Of a stretch of DNA of 64,000 nt, positions 34,127 through 44,947 are shown in pieces. The stretch is taken from positions 1 to 64,000 of the forward strand of contig JBECUI020000044.1 in the NCBI GenBank assembly GCA_040954595.2, read 5' to 3'. This stretch comes from Balanoglossus misakiensis. Its lineage: Eukaryota > Animalia > Hemichordata. The notes below the pieces were generated by a model. It saw only the letters and a program-made list of their open reading frames with translations, made no database searches and was not told the origin of the DNA. The stretch's first letter is position 1. The number at the start of each line of letters is the position of its first letter. The translations under genes and the position numbers were made by a program.

Positions 34127-35218
34127 TTGGTTTGGGCGACACAAGATTATCAATTTATGAGTAAGGCCCTGCAGCTGGCAAGAAGAGGGCGCTATACATG
34201 TAAACCCAACCCCTTAGTAGGCTGCGTTATTACAAAAAACAATCGCATCTTAGGGGAAGGATGGCATCTGCGCAGGGGTGAAGCGCATGCGGAAATAAAC
34301 GCACTTAATATGTGTGATGATCCTTCCGGTTCTACGGTTTATGTTACTTTAGAGCCTTGCTGCCATCACGGTTACACACCGCCTTGCACCGACGCACTCA
34401 TTGCCGCAAAGGTTAAAATGGTGATTGTTGCCATGTTAGATCCCAACCCCCGTGTCTGCGGTGTAGGCGTAAAACGACTTGCGCAAGAAGGGATAATTGT
34501 AAAACAAGGCTTGCTTGAGAAAGAGGCATATGCGCTCAATTTGGGCTTTAATAAACGTATGTTATCTGGGTTGCCCTATGTTCGTTGCAAAATGGCAATG
34601 AGCTTGGATGGACGCACCGCCTTATCAAACGGTGACAGTCGCTGGATTAGCTCAAAGGCAGCACGCCTTGATGTGCACAGGTTGCGCGCTAAAAGCAGCG
34701 CAGTATTAAGCAGTGCCGATACTATTATTAAAGACGACCCTTTGCTAAATGTGAGATCATTAGACGCTGAGTTTACGCCTGCTGTGCGAGTGATTATTGA
34801 TAGACAGCTTAAAATACGGAAAGCAAAATTGTTTGATGTGCCTGATAAGGTAGTTGTCTATACGGAAGTAGGGGATAGTAAGCGTATTCGTGCCCTAGAA
34901 AACCTAGGCGCAGAATTAGTCCGCTTGCCGCAAGAACAACACTGGGACATGAAAAATATCTTTCTTCATATGGCAAGTCAATATGAGATCAACGAGGTGG
35001 TGGTGGAAGCAGGGGCAACATTTGTCGGCGCACTCTTTAATCTTTCTCTAATCGATGAGCTCATTATCTATATGGCACCTAAAGTACTTGGCGACGCGGC
35101 AAACCCATTGTTAAAATTAAATACATTGACAAGGCTTTGTGATGCAAGGCAGTTAACATTTGCAGATGTTAGACACGTTGGGGAAGACCTCCGTTTAACG
35201 CTAATCACCAAAAATTAA
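34127..35218 (+). CDS. ribD: Bifunctional riboflavin biosynthesis deaminase/reductase
   Basis: PNPLVGC, HAE, TLEPCCHHGYTPPC, SLDGR, VEAG. Confidence 0.95.
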   Translation: MVWATQDYQFMSKALQLARRGRYTCKPNPLVGCVITKNNRILGEGWHLRRGEAHAEINALNMCDDPSGSTVYVTLEPCCHHGYTPPCTDALIAAKVKMVIVAMLDPNPRVCGVGVKRLAQEGIIVKQGLLEKEAYALNLGFNKRMLSGLPYVRCKMAMSLDGRTALSNGDSRWISSKAARLDVHRLRAKSSAVLSSADTIIKDDPLLNVRSLDAEFTPAVRVIIDRQLKIRKAKLFDVPDKVVVYTEVGDSKRIRALENLGAELVRLPQEQHWDMKNIFLHMASQYEINEVVVEAGATFVGALFNLSLIDELIIYMAPKVLGDAANPLLKLNTLTRLCDARQLTFADVRHVGEDLRLTLITKN

Positions 35219-35221
35219 ACG

Positions 35222-35815
35222 ATGTTCACGGGGATTATTCAAGCAGTCGGTAAGATAGATAGTATCAATGTTGTCAATGAAGACAGACGTCTTATGTTTG
35301 ATGTAGGCAAGATGGAACTGTCTGATGTAATATGTGGTGACAGTATCTCTGTAAACGGTGTTTGTCTGTCTGTCCTATCTACGGAAGCAAACCGATTTAG
35401 CGCCGACTTGTCGCAAGAGACGATTAGGACGACAACGTTTTCTCACCTTAGTCTTGGGTCGCAGGTCAATTTGGAAAAGGCAATGATGCTATCTGATCGG
35501 ATAAACGGACATATAATAAGCGGACATGTAGATGGTATCGGTGAGGTGGTAGACAAGTCTGACGCAGGGCGGTCTGTATGTTGTAGAATAAAGGTCCCTG
35601 CCGAATTAAAGAAATATATTACTCAAAAAGGATCGGTTTGTATTGATGGTGTTAGCTTGACTGTCAATACAATAGATAACGATATCGCGGCACTTAATAT
35701 TATCCCGCACACTTTGTCGGAGACGATAATGTCAGGTTACCAAGTCGGCACTATGGTGAATATAGAAGTTGATCTAATTGCGCGCTATTTGGAAGGTTTA
35801 TTGACTAATAGATAA
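35222..35815 (+). CDS. ribE: Riboflavin synthase (alpha chain)
   Basis: MFTGII, SISVNGVCL, GHIISGHVD, IIPHT, VNIEVD. Confidence 0.95.
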   Translation: MFTGIIQAVGKIDSINVVNEDRRLMFDVGKMELSDVICGDSISVNGVCLSVLSTEANRFSADLSQETIRTTTFSHLSLGSQVNLEKAMMLSDRINGHIISGHVDGIGEVVDKSDAGRSVCCRIKVPAELKKYITQKGSVCIDGVSLTVNTIDNDIAALNIIPHTLSETIMSGYQVGTMVNIEVDLIARYLEGLLTNR

Positions 35816-35826
35816 AAAACCAGCAT

Positions 35827-36924
35827 ATGCCACTTAATACGGCTATAGAACTCATTGAAGAGATTCGTAATGGACGCATGATCGTCCTTATGGATGATGA
35901 AGATCGAGAAAATGAAGGCGACTTGGTTGTTGCTGCCGCCTCCGTGCGCTCTGAGGATATTAATTTTATGGCACGTTTCGGCAGGGGTTTGATCTGCTTA
36001 ACGTTGACAGAGGAACATTGCCGAAAATTAAATCTGCCACTAATGACCAGCCATTCAAACGCTAATTTTTCAACGAATTTTACAATCTCTATTGAAGCGG
36101 CAGAAGGCGTAACAACTGGCATATCGGCAGCCGACCGCGCTTTAACCATTCGAAGGGCTGTGGCGGAGAATGTTAAGCCAACCGATTTAGTGCAGCCCGG
36201 CCATGTATTTCCGCTTATGGCACAGGTAGGCGGTGTCTTGTCAAGAGCAGGCCATACGGAGGCAGGGTGTGATCTGGCGCGACTTGCTAAACTGCATCCT
36301 TCAGCCGTTATCGTTGAGATATTAAATGATGACGGCTCAATGGCAAGACGACCTGAGCTGGAAAAGTTTGCGAAAACACATCATCTCAAGATAGGCACAA
36401 TCGCTGACCTTATTCGCTATCGCATTGAAAATGAAAAAACCATTGAACATATGACAGAGTGTGTATTGCCGACAAGCTATGGCGATTTTGTTTTGCATGC
36501 CTATCAGGACAAATTAGAAAAGAATCTGCACTTTGCACTGGTTAAGGGAAGTATTGACCCTAGCGTGCCGACCTTAGTACGTGTACATCTGGAAAACCCT
36601 ATCTCCGATTTAACAGGTAGCCTTGCAAGCGACCGAGGCTGGCCGGTTGATAATGTATTAAAGCGGCTTTCTAGTGAGGGGGGCGTACTGGTCATTCTTT
36701 GTAATCAATATCAATCAACGGAATTAATCAATCAGATTGAATCATATAAAACTAATAAACAAGGACCCTACCATAGCAAAAATAGCCCGGACTTGCGCAC
36801 GATCGGCCTTGGCGCACAAATTATTTCCGATATTGGGGGTTAGAAAATGCGTGTGCTTAGCGCGCCAAAACGTATTTATGCCTTATCAGGTTTTGGCTTA
36901 GAAGTCGTTGAGTATGTCAATTAA
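35827..36924 (+). CDS. ribB: 3,4-dihydroxy-2-butanone-4-phosphate synthase fused to a degenerate GTP cyclohydrolase II-like domain (RibBX type); internal TAG at 36841-36843
   Basis: DDEDRENEGD, TTGISAADR, PGHVFPL, RAGHTEA. The C-terminal KMRVLSAPK..LSGFGLEV continues in the same frame after the TAG to TAA 36922-36924. Confidence 0.88.
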
Positions 36925-36955
36925 ATAAAAAAGAAGTCGGAAAGATACCATCATT

Positions 36956-37431
36956 ATGCTTAAGGCGCGTTTCCATACAAAGAAAAGACCTGATATGCAG
37001 TCTGTTGATATTGCAATCGTTGCCAGCTGTTTTAATCCTCCATTGTTGAACGTCTTTATGACGCCGCTATGTGCGAGCTTACGGAAAACGGTATCGATAA
37101 AAAAGACATTACCTTGGTGAATGTGCCCGGGCTGTTTGAGATACCTTTAGCGGTTAAAACACTCTTGGATAAAGGCAAGTATGAAGCGGTTATTACCTTA
37201 GGCGCAATTATCAAGGGAGAGACCTTGCACTTTGAACTGCTTGCAAGTGAGTGCACCCGCGCCCTTAGCCAACTGGCAATAGACAGTGGCACCCCTGTCA
37301 TTTTTGGTGTACTGGCCGTGGATACTGTTGAGCAGGCAATGGCACGTTCGGATAATACGGACAACAACAGAGGTAGAGAGTCTGCAAGAGTAGCGCTGGA
37401 AATGATTTATGCGCTGGGCGAAATAAGATGA
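36956..37431 (+). CDS. ribH: 6,7-dimethyl-8-ribityllumazine synthase (frameshift near 37040; start 36956 or 36995)
   Basis: IAIVASCFN upstream, then VPGLFEIP, LGAIIKGETLHFE, PVIFGVL. Confidence 0.9.
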
Positions 37432-37441
37432 TACATCTTTA

Positions 37442-37879
37442 ATGAGCACAGACAAACGCGCACGAATCCTAGCAAGGCGTAATGCAGTTCAAGCATTGTA
37501 CGCATGGCTTATGACGAACAAGAATGCCGAAGAGCTTGTTGTAGAGTTTGAAGACGACAGAAAAGAGGCAGTCAATACGGATCTTGAACATTTTAGGTTG
37601 TTGCTTAGAGGGGTTATAGAAAAGAATGAGCAACTTGATGGATATATTACTGAGGCATTGGACCGTGACATCAAAGAAGTTGACCCCATCGAGCGGGCTA
37701 TTTTATATATCGGTTGTTATGAATTGAATTATTGTACTGATATACCTTGGCGGGTTGCTATCAATGAATCGATAGAACTTGCGAAACTATTCGGAGCAGC
37801 AGATTCTTACAAATATGTGAATGGGGTGCTTGATGCAATTGCCAGAGCATTGCGTTGTAACGACACTAATACTCCTTGA
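37442..37879 (+). CDS. nusB: Transcription antitermination factor NusB
   Basis: ARRNAVQALY, IERAIL, INESIELAK.FG, YVNGVLD. Confidence 0.95.
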   Translation: MSTDKRARILARRNAVQALYAWLMTNKNAEELVVEFEDDRKEAVNTDLEHFRLLLRGVIEKNEQLDGYITEALDRDIKEVDPIERAILYIGCYELNYCTDIPWRVAINESIELAKLFGAADSYKYVNGVLDAIARALRCNDTNTP

Positions 37880-37887
37880 TAAAAGGA

Positions 37888-38849
37888 ATGTCTCTAAACG
37901 AGTTTGAGATAAATAGAGCGCTTTTTTAAGCGACCAAATCTTGCTTTAGATAATCACCTTGTTTTAGGTGTAGGCGACGATGCGGCAATTATAGATATAC
38001 CTGCGGGAGACGAACTCACTGTCTCAATGGATACCCTTGTTGCCGGCACTCATTTTTTTCATGATGCCTCCCCTGAGGCTATTGCTGATAAGGCGATTTC
38101 GGTCAATTTGAGCGATATGGCCGCGATGGGCGCATTGCCACGTTGGCTTAGTCTATCTTTAACATTACCAAGCGGGGAGCTTGATTGGATAGAAAGATTC
38201 TCAACCCGCTTTCATCAATTGACAAAAACACATTCCCTGACAATAATCGGAGGCGATTTGGTCAAGGGGAGCCTATCTATTACGGTGCATATTTACGGGC
38301 TTGCGCCAAGAGGAAAGGCGCTTCGTCGTAGCGGGGCAAATGCAGGTGACTTTATATATGTGACCGGGCAGCTGGGTGCGGCCGCGTATGTATGGAGATA
38401 TCTTGCAGGCGATCGTGCGCTGCCATCACCTACAGAGCAAGAATTACAAAGGCTGTATTGCTATGAATCAAGAATAGAAACAGGGATTAAATTGCAAGGC
38501 ATTGCGACAAGCTGTATTGATATATCCGATGGTTTATTGGCAGATCTAAGCCATGTTCTTGCGGCAAGCCATGTGGGAGCGGAAATAAAATTGGCAAATA
38601 TCCCCTATGCGGATAGTTTGCAAAAGCTAGATAGAATGCTTGCGATTGAACTGGCTTTAACAGGGGGGATGATTATGAGCTATGTTTTACATTGCCGAGA
38701 AATATAGCAGATGCCACGATGAGACAACTTCGCTTCGGGACGCCTATTTGTTGTATAGGGTCCATTAATGCAGATAACTCAAACTTGATGTCATTGATAC
38801 GAATGGCAAGTTTTACGATATTGGGACAACGGGCTACCGCCACTTCTGA
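37888..38849 (+). CDS. thiL: Thiamine-monophosphate kinase (frameshifted near 37910, 38665 and 38785)
   Basis: MSLNEFE, GVGDDAA, DTLVAGTHF, VNLSDMAAMG, DISDGL, GGDDYELCF, GYRHF*. Confidence 0.9.
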
Positions 38850-38863
38850 GAACCTTCGTTACA

Positions 38864-39937
38864 TCATGACAGACCAAGCCCCAAAGGGTCACTTGGGTCA
38901 ACACCTTTACCAAAGGGGACATGTCGGTCTTTGTCGGTTAATTGATAAACCTTGCCAATCCAGTTGCTGATAATCGCCTCAGCGGTATCATGCCAAGTGT
39001 TGTCAAGGTCAGGGAGAATGAGATCTTCGGGAAATACAGGCAGTGTTTTGCCTTGTTGCAAGGCAAGGGTTAGGGTGTCTTGATACTCCTGCAAGATAGC
39101 TTGACTCTTTAGAGAGAAGTAATTCTTGGGGAATGATGGATATTCTTTTATTTCAGAGCGAATATAACGCCCGATTTCGCGTTTGTATTCTTTCATCAGA
39201 CTAATCATGTCGTACTCCGGATGTCCTTGGAAAAACACTAAGCGAAAACCGTCCTCGCTGACGGCAAGATGCACTTCATTGTCTTCACTCTCAACAAGAA
39301 TATCGAGACCGGCTTCTTTGAATTGGTTTGGAAAGATTTCGTTATAACGAGAATGAGGCACATCAAAACGCGTGTTCACATCTGCTACTAAAGGATGTTT
39401 TCTGTTTATAACACGATGCGGAAAAATACCCCATCGCTTTACCGGAAGAGGACCTCGTTTTTGTTTATATCTAAATTGTAGAACAGCATGCGTCGTCAAG
39501 CATGAACATAAGGTAGAGGTTACGTTTTCATATGCCCATTTAGTCACCTCAATTAAGGCATCCCAGAAAGGTTGCTCGGCAAGCTCGCTACCTTTCATAT
39601 TGGCGCCGGTAATAATAAGGGCATCAAGCCCCGCTTCATTTATTTGCTCAAAACTCTGATAGTATTTTTCCACATGAGCTTTCCCCGCACTCCCTCTTTC
39701 TAATTCCTTTAAGGTAAACGGATGTACATAAAATTGTGCGATTAAATTACTTTCCCCGATAAGACGAAAAAATTGACGCTCAGTTGCCTCTAATGCTTTA
39801 TCCGGCATCATGTTTAGAAGCCCTATATGTAATTCGCGAATATCTTGACGCAGGGCCTTCTCAAGAGGAATAATGATCTCGCCGCTTTGTTTTAATCTGA
39901 CGAAACTCGGCAGGTCGTTGTTGGCTACAAGAGGCAT
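38864..39937 (-). CDS. metA: Homoserine O-succinyl/acetyltransferase (MetA family)
   Basis: IGLLNMMPD, TERQF, DALIITGA, PHSRYN, QGHPEYD. Confidence 0.92.
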   Translation of the reverse strand: MPLVANNDLPSFVRLKQSGEIIIPLEKALRQDIRELHIGLLNMMPDKALEATERQFFRLIGESNLIAQFYVHPFTLKELERGSAGKAHVEKYYQSFEQINEAGLDALIITGANMKGSELAEQPFWDALIEVTKWAYENVTSTLCSCLTTHAVLQFRYKQKRGPLPVKRWGIFPHRVINRKHPLVADVNTRFDVPHSRYNEIFPNQFKEAGLDILVESEDNEVHLAVSEDGFRLVFFQGHPEYDMISLMKEYKREIGRYIRSEIKEYPSFPKNYFSLKSQAILQEYQDTLTLALQQGKTLPVFPEDLILPDLDNTWHDTAEAIISNWIGKVYQLTDKDRHVPFGKGVDPSDPLGLGLS

Positions 39938-39958
39938 ATTTTTTAATCTTTTTTGTCG

Positions 39959-40804
39959 TTAACAGGCTTGCTTGAGCGCCTTCTCAACTAAGACAAGGAA
40001 ATCATTCTCACACTCTATATCGACGATGTCATCCGTGCTTATCGTGTAACCGTATTGATCGGAAATTTTCTGATAACGAGGAATACGGTCATAAAAAAGA
40101 CGGGGGAAAATCCAGTTAGAAAAATCGTCTGGCTCTATCAACACCGTATAGTCAAGCCCGTGTTCCGCAAGATAAATATCTAAGTGCTTATTAAAAAACG
40201 CCTTTTGATAATACAAGGGTTTTGGACTCTCTTTGGCACGCCGTATTAATTCGGCCTCATCACGCTTGGTCGCTTTGATGTAGATTATCAGAGTATGCCT
40301 AGCCAATGTATTTAGGGTTGCCTCACTGTTTAACTCACATACACTGCCACCGGCATCATTTATAAAACGGTTGTAACCGTAGACGTCATGTGATCGTGCT
40401 ATAAATTCCGGCACATCTTGCATGGCAGCAATCTCTGCGTTGCGATACAAATCTTGCTTGTGCTTGAACTCTTTTACGCTAAGCCCGCCTTTCTCAGGGT
40501 TGCCGAGCCGCCCTAGAAAACTGGAAACGGTTTTTAGATTATCAATAGAAATATTGTTGTTAATGCTAATTGAGTCGGATAACAGTAACTCCCTTAATAA
40601 AGGCAGCTGCATCGCCTGCTTTTTTATATCATCCAATATTGTTTCGTTTAAGTAGCGAGTGCCAATACGATAATCACCGGAATAATGGAACCAGCCTGCC
40701 TTACGTAGAATACAAGCAAGACGCGTTTTACCAACGCCCGACATGCCAAGCAAGGTAATCGCCTTTTGCTCCCAATTTTTAAATTGCTGCGCACTCAATC
40801 TCAC
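39959..40804 (-). CDS. Uncharacterised P-loop ATPase
   Basis: Walker A GMSGVGKT; HYSGDYRIGTRY; DAGGSVCE; co-oriented directly upstream of metA. Confidence 0.8.
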   Translation of the reverse strand: MRLSAQQFKNWEQKAITLLGMSGVGKTRLACILRKAGWFHYSGDYRIGTRYLNETILDDIKKQAMQLPLLRELLLSDSISINNNISIDNLKTVSSFLGRLGNPEKGGLSVKEFKHKQDLYRNAEIAAMQDVPEFIARSHDVYGYNRFINDAGGSVCELNSEATLNTLARHTLIIYIKATKRDEAELIRRAKESPKPLYYQKAFFNKHLDIYLAEHGLDYTVLIEPDDFSNWIFPRLFYDRIPRYQKISDQYGYTISTDDIVDIECENDFLVLVEKALKQAC

Positions 40805-40975
40805 ATATAATTCCTCGCAAATGTTTTGCTGGCTTTAATGACAAACGACGCTCTATCAGTAGAACCGCTCATTATACGAATTATAAACCATTTTAAAAGC
40901 ATGCTTTGGTACTGTTAAAGCTGTTAAACTATTAACGCTGTTAAATATAGACACCCACATTACGTTTATAATTAA

Positions 40976-42274
40976 ATGGAAGCGATACCCAGCAGAATTG
41001 GTAAGTATCACATTGAAAAAGAGATTGGGCGCGGCAATATGGGAACGGTTTACGCGGCACGCGATCCTTTCTCTGATAGGACAGTCGCGATTAAACTTGC
41101 GCATTCCAAATATACGCATGATAAGGAAACAGGCGATTTTTTCAAAAGACTTTTCTTTAATGAGGTGCAAGCAGCAGGAGGATTACACCATCCTCATATA
41201 TTGAGGATATATGATGCCGATATAGATGAAGAGGATTGCTATATCGTCATGGAATATATCCATAAGGCAAAGACCCTAGATCATTTTTGTAGCGTTGATT
41301 CACTGCTTTCTATTCGAGATGTAGTCAAGATTATATACAAAGTGGCCAAGGCCATTGATTATGCTCACAGGCAAGGCGTTATACATCGGGATATTAAGCC
41401 TAGCAATATTCTACAGACGGAATCTATGGATATTAAAATCGCCGATTTTAGTATAGCAATGATTGTCCGTGAGGATTTTATGCAAACCCAATTTGGAGGT
41501 TTTTTGGGGTCTCCTATCTATATGTCGCCCGAACAAATCAATGAGAAGAATATATCAGTCAATACGGATATCTTTTCTCTTGGCACTGTTATGTACGAAA
41601 TGTTGACGGGTTATCATCCCTTCAAGGCAGACAGTCTAAGCGCAATTATCAAGAAAATAAATTCAGAAGACCCTCCCCCATTAAACGCATTTCGCAAGGA
41701 AATACCAAATCGTTTAGAATCTATCTTATTACGCATGATGCATAAGGATCCCAAAGAGCGCTACAGCTCAAGTTTGGACCTTGCTTCCGATTTAGCATTG
41801 ATATTTGAGGACAAGGACATTGACGAAATTGACGACAAAGATGTGCTGCGCGATAAATTTAAGGCCGTACAAAGCTTAGGCTTTTTTCAACATTTCGTCG
41901 ATAAAGATATATGGGATCTAGTCCGTGCATGTAATTGGCGCAAATACCAAAAAGATACTCTTATAATAAAAGAAGGTGAGGAGGGTCATTCCTTTTATAT
42001 CATATTGTCGGGCATTGTCGTTGTCTTGAAAAATGGGCAACAAGTCGACTTTCTGCGGGAAGGAGATTGTTTTGGGGAAATGGGCTATCTATCAAAAACA
42101 ACACGTTTTGCATCGATTGCCGCTAAGACGGATGTTCTGTTAATAGAGGTTAATTCATTGACATTAGAGTATGCTACCGAAGCTACTCAACTGCGATTCT
42201 TGAAGGCGTTCACAGAAGTTATGGTAGATCGGCTTAAAGGAACAACTTCTAACTTAGTCCAATATAGGATATAG
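40976..42274 (+). CDS. Hanks-type Ser/Thr protein kinase with C-terminal cyclic-nucleotide-binding domain
   Basis: IGRGNMGTVY, VAIK, HRDIKPSN, DFS, GSPIYMSPE, DIFSLG; C-terminal IIKEGEEG..FYIILSG..GDCFGEM..R.ASI. Confidence 0.9.
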   Translation: MEAIPSRIGKYHIEKEIGRGNMGTVYAARDPFSDRTVAIKLAHSKYTHDKETGDFFKRLFFNEVQAAGGLHHPHILRIYDADIDEEDCYIVMEYIHKAKTLDHFCSVDSLLSIRDVVKIIYKVAKAIDYAHRQGVIHRDIKPSNILQTESMDIKIADFSIAMIVREDFMQTQFGGFLGSPIYMSPEQINEKNISVNTDIFSLGTVMYEMLTGYHPFKADSLSAIIKKINSEDPPPLNAFRKEIPNRLESILLRMMHKDPKERYSSSLDLASDLALIFEDKDIDEIDDKDVLRDKFKAVQSLGFFQHFVDKDIWDLVRACNWRKYQKDTLIIKEGEEGHSFYIILSGIVVVLKNGQQVDFLREGDCFGEMGYLSKTTRFASIAAKTDVLLIEVNSLTLEYATEATQLRFLKAFTEVMVDRLKGTTSNLVQYRI

Positions 42275-42294
42275 CGAGTGAATATAATGATAGT

Positions 42295-42368
42295 TGGAGC
42301 GGGTGATGGGAATCGAACCCACGTTCTCAGCTTGGGAAGCTGATGTTCTACCATTGAACTACACCCGC
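42295..42368 (-). tRNA. tRNA-Gly (CCC)
   Basis: Reverse complement GCGGGTGTAGTTCAATGGTAGAAC...CTTCCCAAG...GGTTCGATTCCC...CCCGCTCCA, 74 nt. Confidence 0.95.
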
Positions 42369-42488
42369 AGGCGGTTAACATTATTCTTTACTATGTTATG
42401 GCTCGGGACGTTATTATGAGGGAACCTAGCCTAGCTACTCTAATGTTTGTCGTTGTCAGTATAATGGGAATTTTAGTATAATCATAAT

Positions 42489-42881
42489 ATGGTCATAGCA
42501 GAAATGGGCGAGTCGAAGCGGAGCGTTGGCTTAATTGATGATAGTGAAGCAACTCAGGCATTGTTTAAACGTGCTTTTGAAGAGCTAGAGGCTGAGTTGC
42601 TCATCTATAGGACAGCGGGTGAAGCGGTAGAATACCTCACAAACAATGAAATTGACTCATTATTCCTTGATATCAATATCCCTGGCGGGAATGGCTTGAT
42701 TTTTTTAGAAGAGATACGAAAATTACCCATTCATAGGGATACCCCTATAATAATGGTTACTTCAAGGGATTATACGCAAGATAGAGTCATGGCAGCTAAG
42801 TTAAAGGTATCCGAATTTGTTATAAAACCCATGACGACACAGCAGATAAAGGAAACCGTTGCTAGGCATATTGGAAATTAA
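42489..42881 (+). CDS. Single-domain response regulator (CheY-like receiver)
   Basis: LIDDS, FLDINIPGGNG, MVTS, FVIKP. Confidence 0.88.
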   Translation: MVIAEMGESKRSVGLIDDSEATQALFKRAFEELEAELLIYRTAGEAVEYLTNNEIDSLFLDINIPGGNGLIFLEEIRKLPIHRDTPIIMVTSRDYTQDRVMAAKLKVSEFVIKPMTTQQIKETVARHIGN

Positions 42882-42914
42882 ATTTCTCACTCAAATTAAT
42901 AGCTGGTAAATACT

Positions 42915-43825
42915 ATGTCCGGATCCTATCTCCGATTTTGGGGTGTGCGCGGGTCACACGCCTCCCCCTTTCCAACTCATGTTAAGGTTGGAGGTAATAC
43001 TTCTTGTGTAGAGATAAGTGCTGATAACTATAAACTTATCTGTGATGCAGGCACAGGCATCATTGCACTTGGCGATCAGATGTTAAGAGAACATAAAAGC
43101 AAGGAGGTATTAATCATGATAACGCATTACCACTGGGACCATATTTGCGGATTGCCTTTTTTTGCGCCTTTGTTTTCTCCTGATTGGAACATCGGTTTTT
43201 TTGCCCCGGGGGATCCAAAGAAGAGGTGGAGCAAAATCTTGCTATGCAAATGCAACCCCCTTACTTTCCAGTAGGGACAGAATCTTGGATGGCCAAAGTG
43301 GATTATTTTGACCCAAAAATGTTTCAAATTGATCATGGTCCGATTTCTATTTCATACCATAATGTTCATCATCCCGGGGTTACGTATGGCTATACTATAA
43401 AGGTGGCAAATAAAACTATTGTTTATGTTTCTGATAATGAGTGCCAGTTTCTGTATAAAACAACTATGGATAAAAATAAGGCTGATGGAGAAGAAGAGCA
43501 AAAACTGCATGAGGTAATGGGGCGCGAAGAATATGAGCGCGAGCTACGGGCAATAAAAGATGCGGATATTCTGATTCATGATGCTCAATACACCCCAGAG
43601 GTTTATGCAGTGAAACGAGGTTGGGGGCATTCATGCTATATTGATGTTGTCAACAGCGCGATTGATTCTAATGTTAAGGAACTATATCTATATCACCATG
43701 ACCCTTCTAATGATGATGATGCTATCGGCAGTATTCATGCAGCATGTCAAGCTATTATTCAAAAGAGAAATGCCCCCCTTATTTGTCATATTGCAAAAGA
43801 AGGCACAGAGATTAAACTCGATTAA
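42915..43825 (+). CDS. MBL-fold metallo-hydrolase (possible phosphodiesterase; frameshift near 43200)
   Basis: RFWGVRGS, GGNTSCVE, CDAGTG, THYHWDHI, HPG, SDNE, HDAQY, GWGHS, HHDP across ORFs 42915-43274 and 43184-43825. Confidence 0.88.
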
Positions 43826-43864
43826 TCATTTTTTAATATTGTTATTTGCGGTTCGTAGCATGCC

Positions 43865-44061
43865 ATGGAAATTTTGTTAATGGTGCCCCTTACTTAGCAG
43901 GCAATGCTAATACAATCGCAGATTTAGTTGTGCGTCTTAAACTGGAAGGCAAGTATGCTATTCAAATAAATCAAAACATTATTCCTCGTGGCGAATATCA
44001 CGGCACTACATTGTGCGCAGGAGATACGGTAGATATTGTGCAGGCTGTGGGAGGCGGGTAA
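43865..44061 (+). CDS. thiS: Sulfur carrier protein ThiS (frameshift near start)
   Basis: VNG, NQNIIPR, GDTVDIVQAVGGG C-terminus; lies directly before thiG. Confidence 0.88.
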
Positions 44062-44109
44062 ATAGAGGTCTATATGCGAATTTATGTTACCTAAACCATA
44101 AATAGATAT

Positions 44110-44901
44110 ATGTCGGCAGACCTTATAGATAGTTTTTCAATAGCAGGCACGAATTATTCTTCTCGGTTGTTAGTGGGAACGGGGAAATATAAGGGTCTAC
44201 AGGAAACGAAATATGCTATTGAAAGTAGCGGTGCTGAGATCGTTACCGTATCAATACGCAGGGCAGTCCTCAACAATGAAGGCAGGACATCCAGTTTGCT
44301 GGAAGCGATTTCGCCTGATAAATACACCATTTTACCCAATACAGCAGGTTGCTATGATGTTGAATCTGCTATTAAGACTTGCAAACTGGCAAGAGAATTG
44401 TTGGACGGGCAGAACCTAGTGAAATTGGAGGTGCTTGGAGATGAAAAAACACTATTTCCGGATATACCGAAGACATTTGAAGCAGCGAAACATCTTATAG
44501 ATGATAACTTTAAGGTGATGGTCTATACGACTGATGATCCAGTTATGGCTAAGCGATTTGAGGAAATTGGTTGTGTCGCGGTAATGCCACTTGCCGCACC
44601 GATTGGCTCAGGAACTTGGGTTCGTAATCCCTACAATATCCGTGTGATTGTTGAAAATGCTTCGGTGCCAATACTTGTAGATGCGGGTGTTGGCACAGCG
44701 TCTGACGCGGCAATTGTGATGGAACTTGGTTGCGATGGAGTGCTTATGAATACGGCGATTGCGGAAGCTGATAACCCTATATTGATGGCAAAGGCGATGA
44801 AAAAAGCGGTTGAAGCAGGGCGGCACGCTTATTTAGCGGGTAGAATGCCAAAACGGGCTTATGCCCACGCTTCCTCTCCGTTAGACCATTATTTTTTCTA
44901 A
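44110..44901 (+). CDS. thiG: Thiazole synthase
   Basis: [49 protein letters not shown]. Confidence 0.96.
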   Translation: MSADLIDSFSIAGTNYSSRLLVGTGKYKGLQETKYAIESSGAEIVTVSIRRAVLNNEGRTSSLLEAISPDKYTILPNTAGCYDVESAIKTCKLARELLDGQNLVKLEVLGDEKTLFPDIPKTFEAAKHLIDDNFKVMVYTTDDPVMAKRFEEIGCVAVMPLAAPIGSGTWVRNPYNIRVIVENASVPILVDAGVGTASDAAIVMELGCDGVLMNTAIAEADNPILMAKAMKKAVEAGRHAYLAGRMPKRAYAHASSPLDHYFF

Positions 44902-44947
44902 CACCTTAAAATGAGGGTTAGCGCATCTTCCTAATTCGAATGCAATT

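Noticed and set aside
36841-36843. Stop-codon reassignment or readthrough of TAG in ribB
   Set aside because: TAG ends several ordinary genes in this window (e.g. yciI, dapE, hspQ), and compensating +G/-A errors explain the site.
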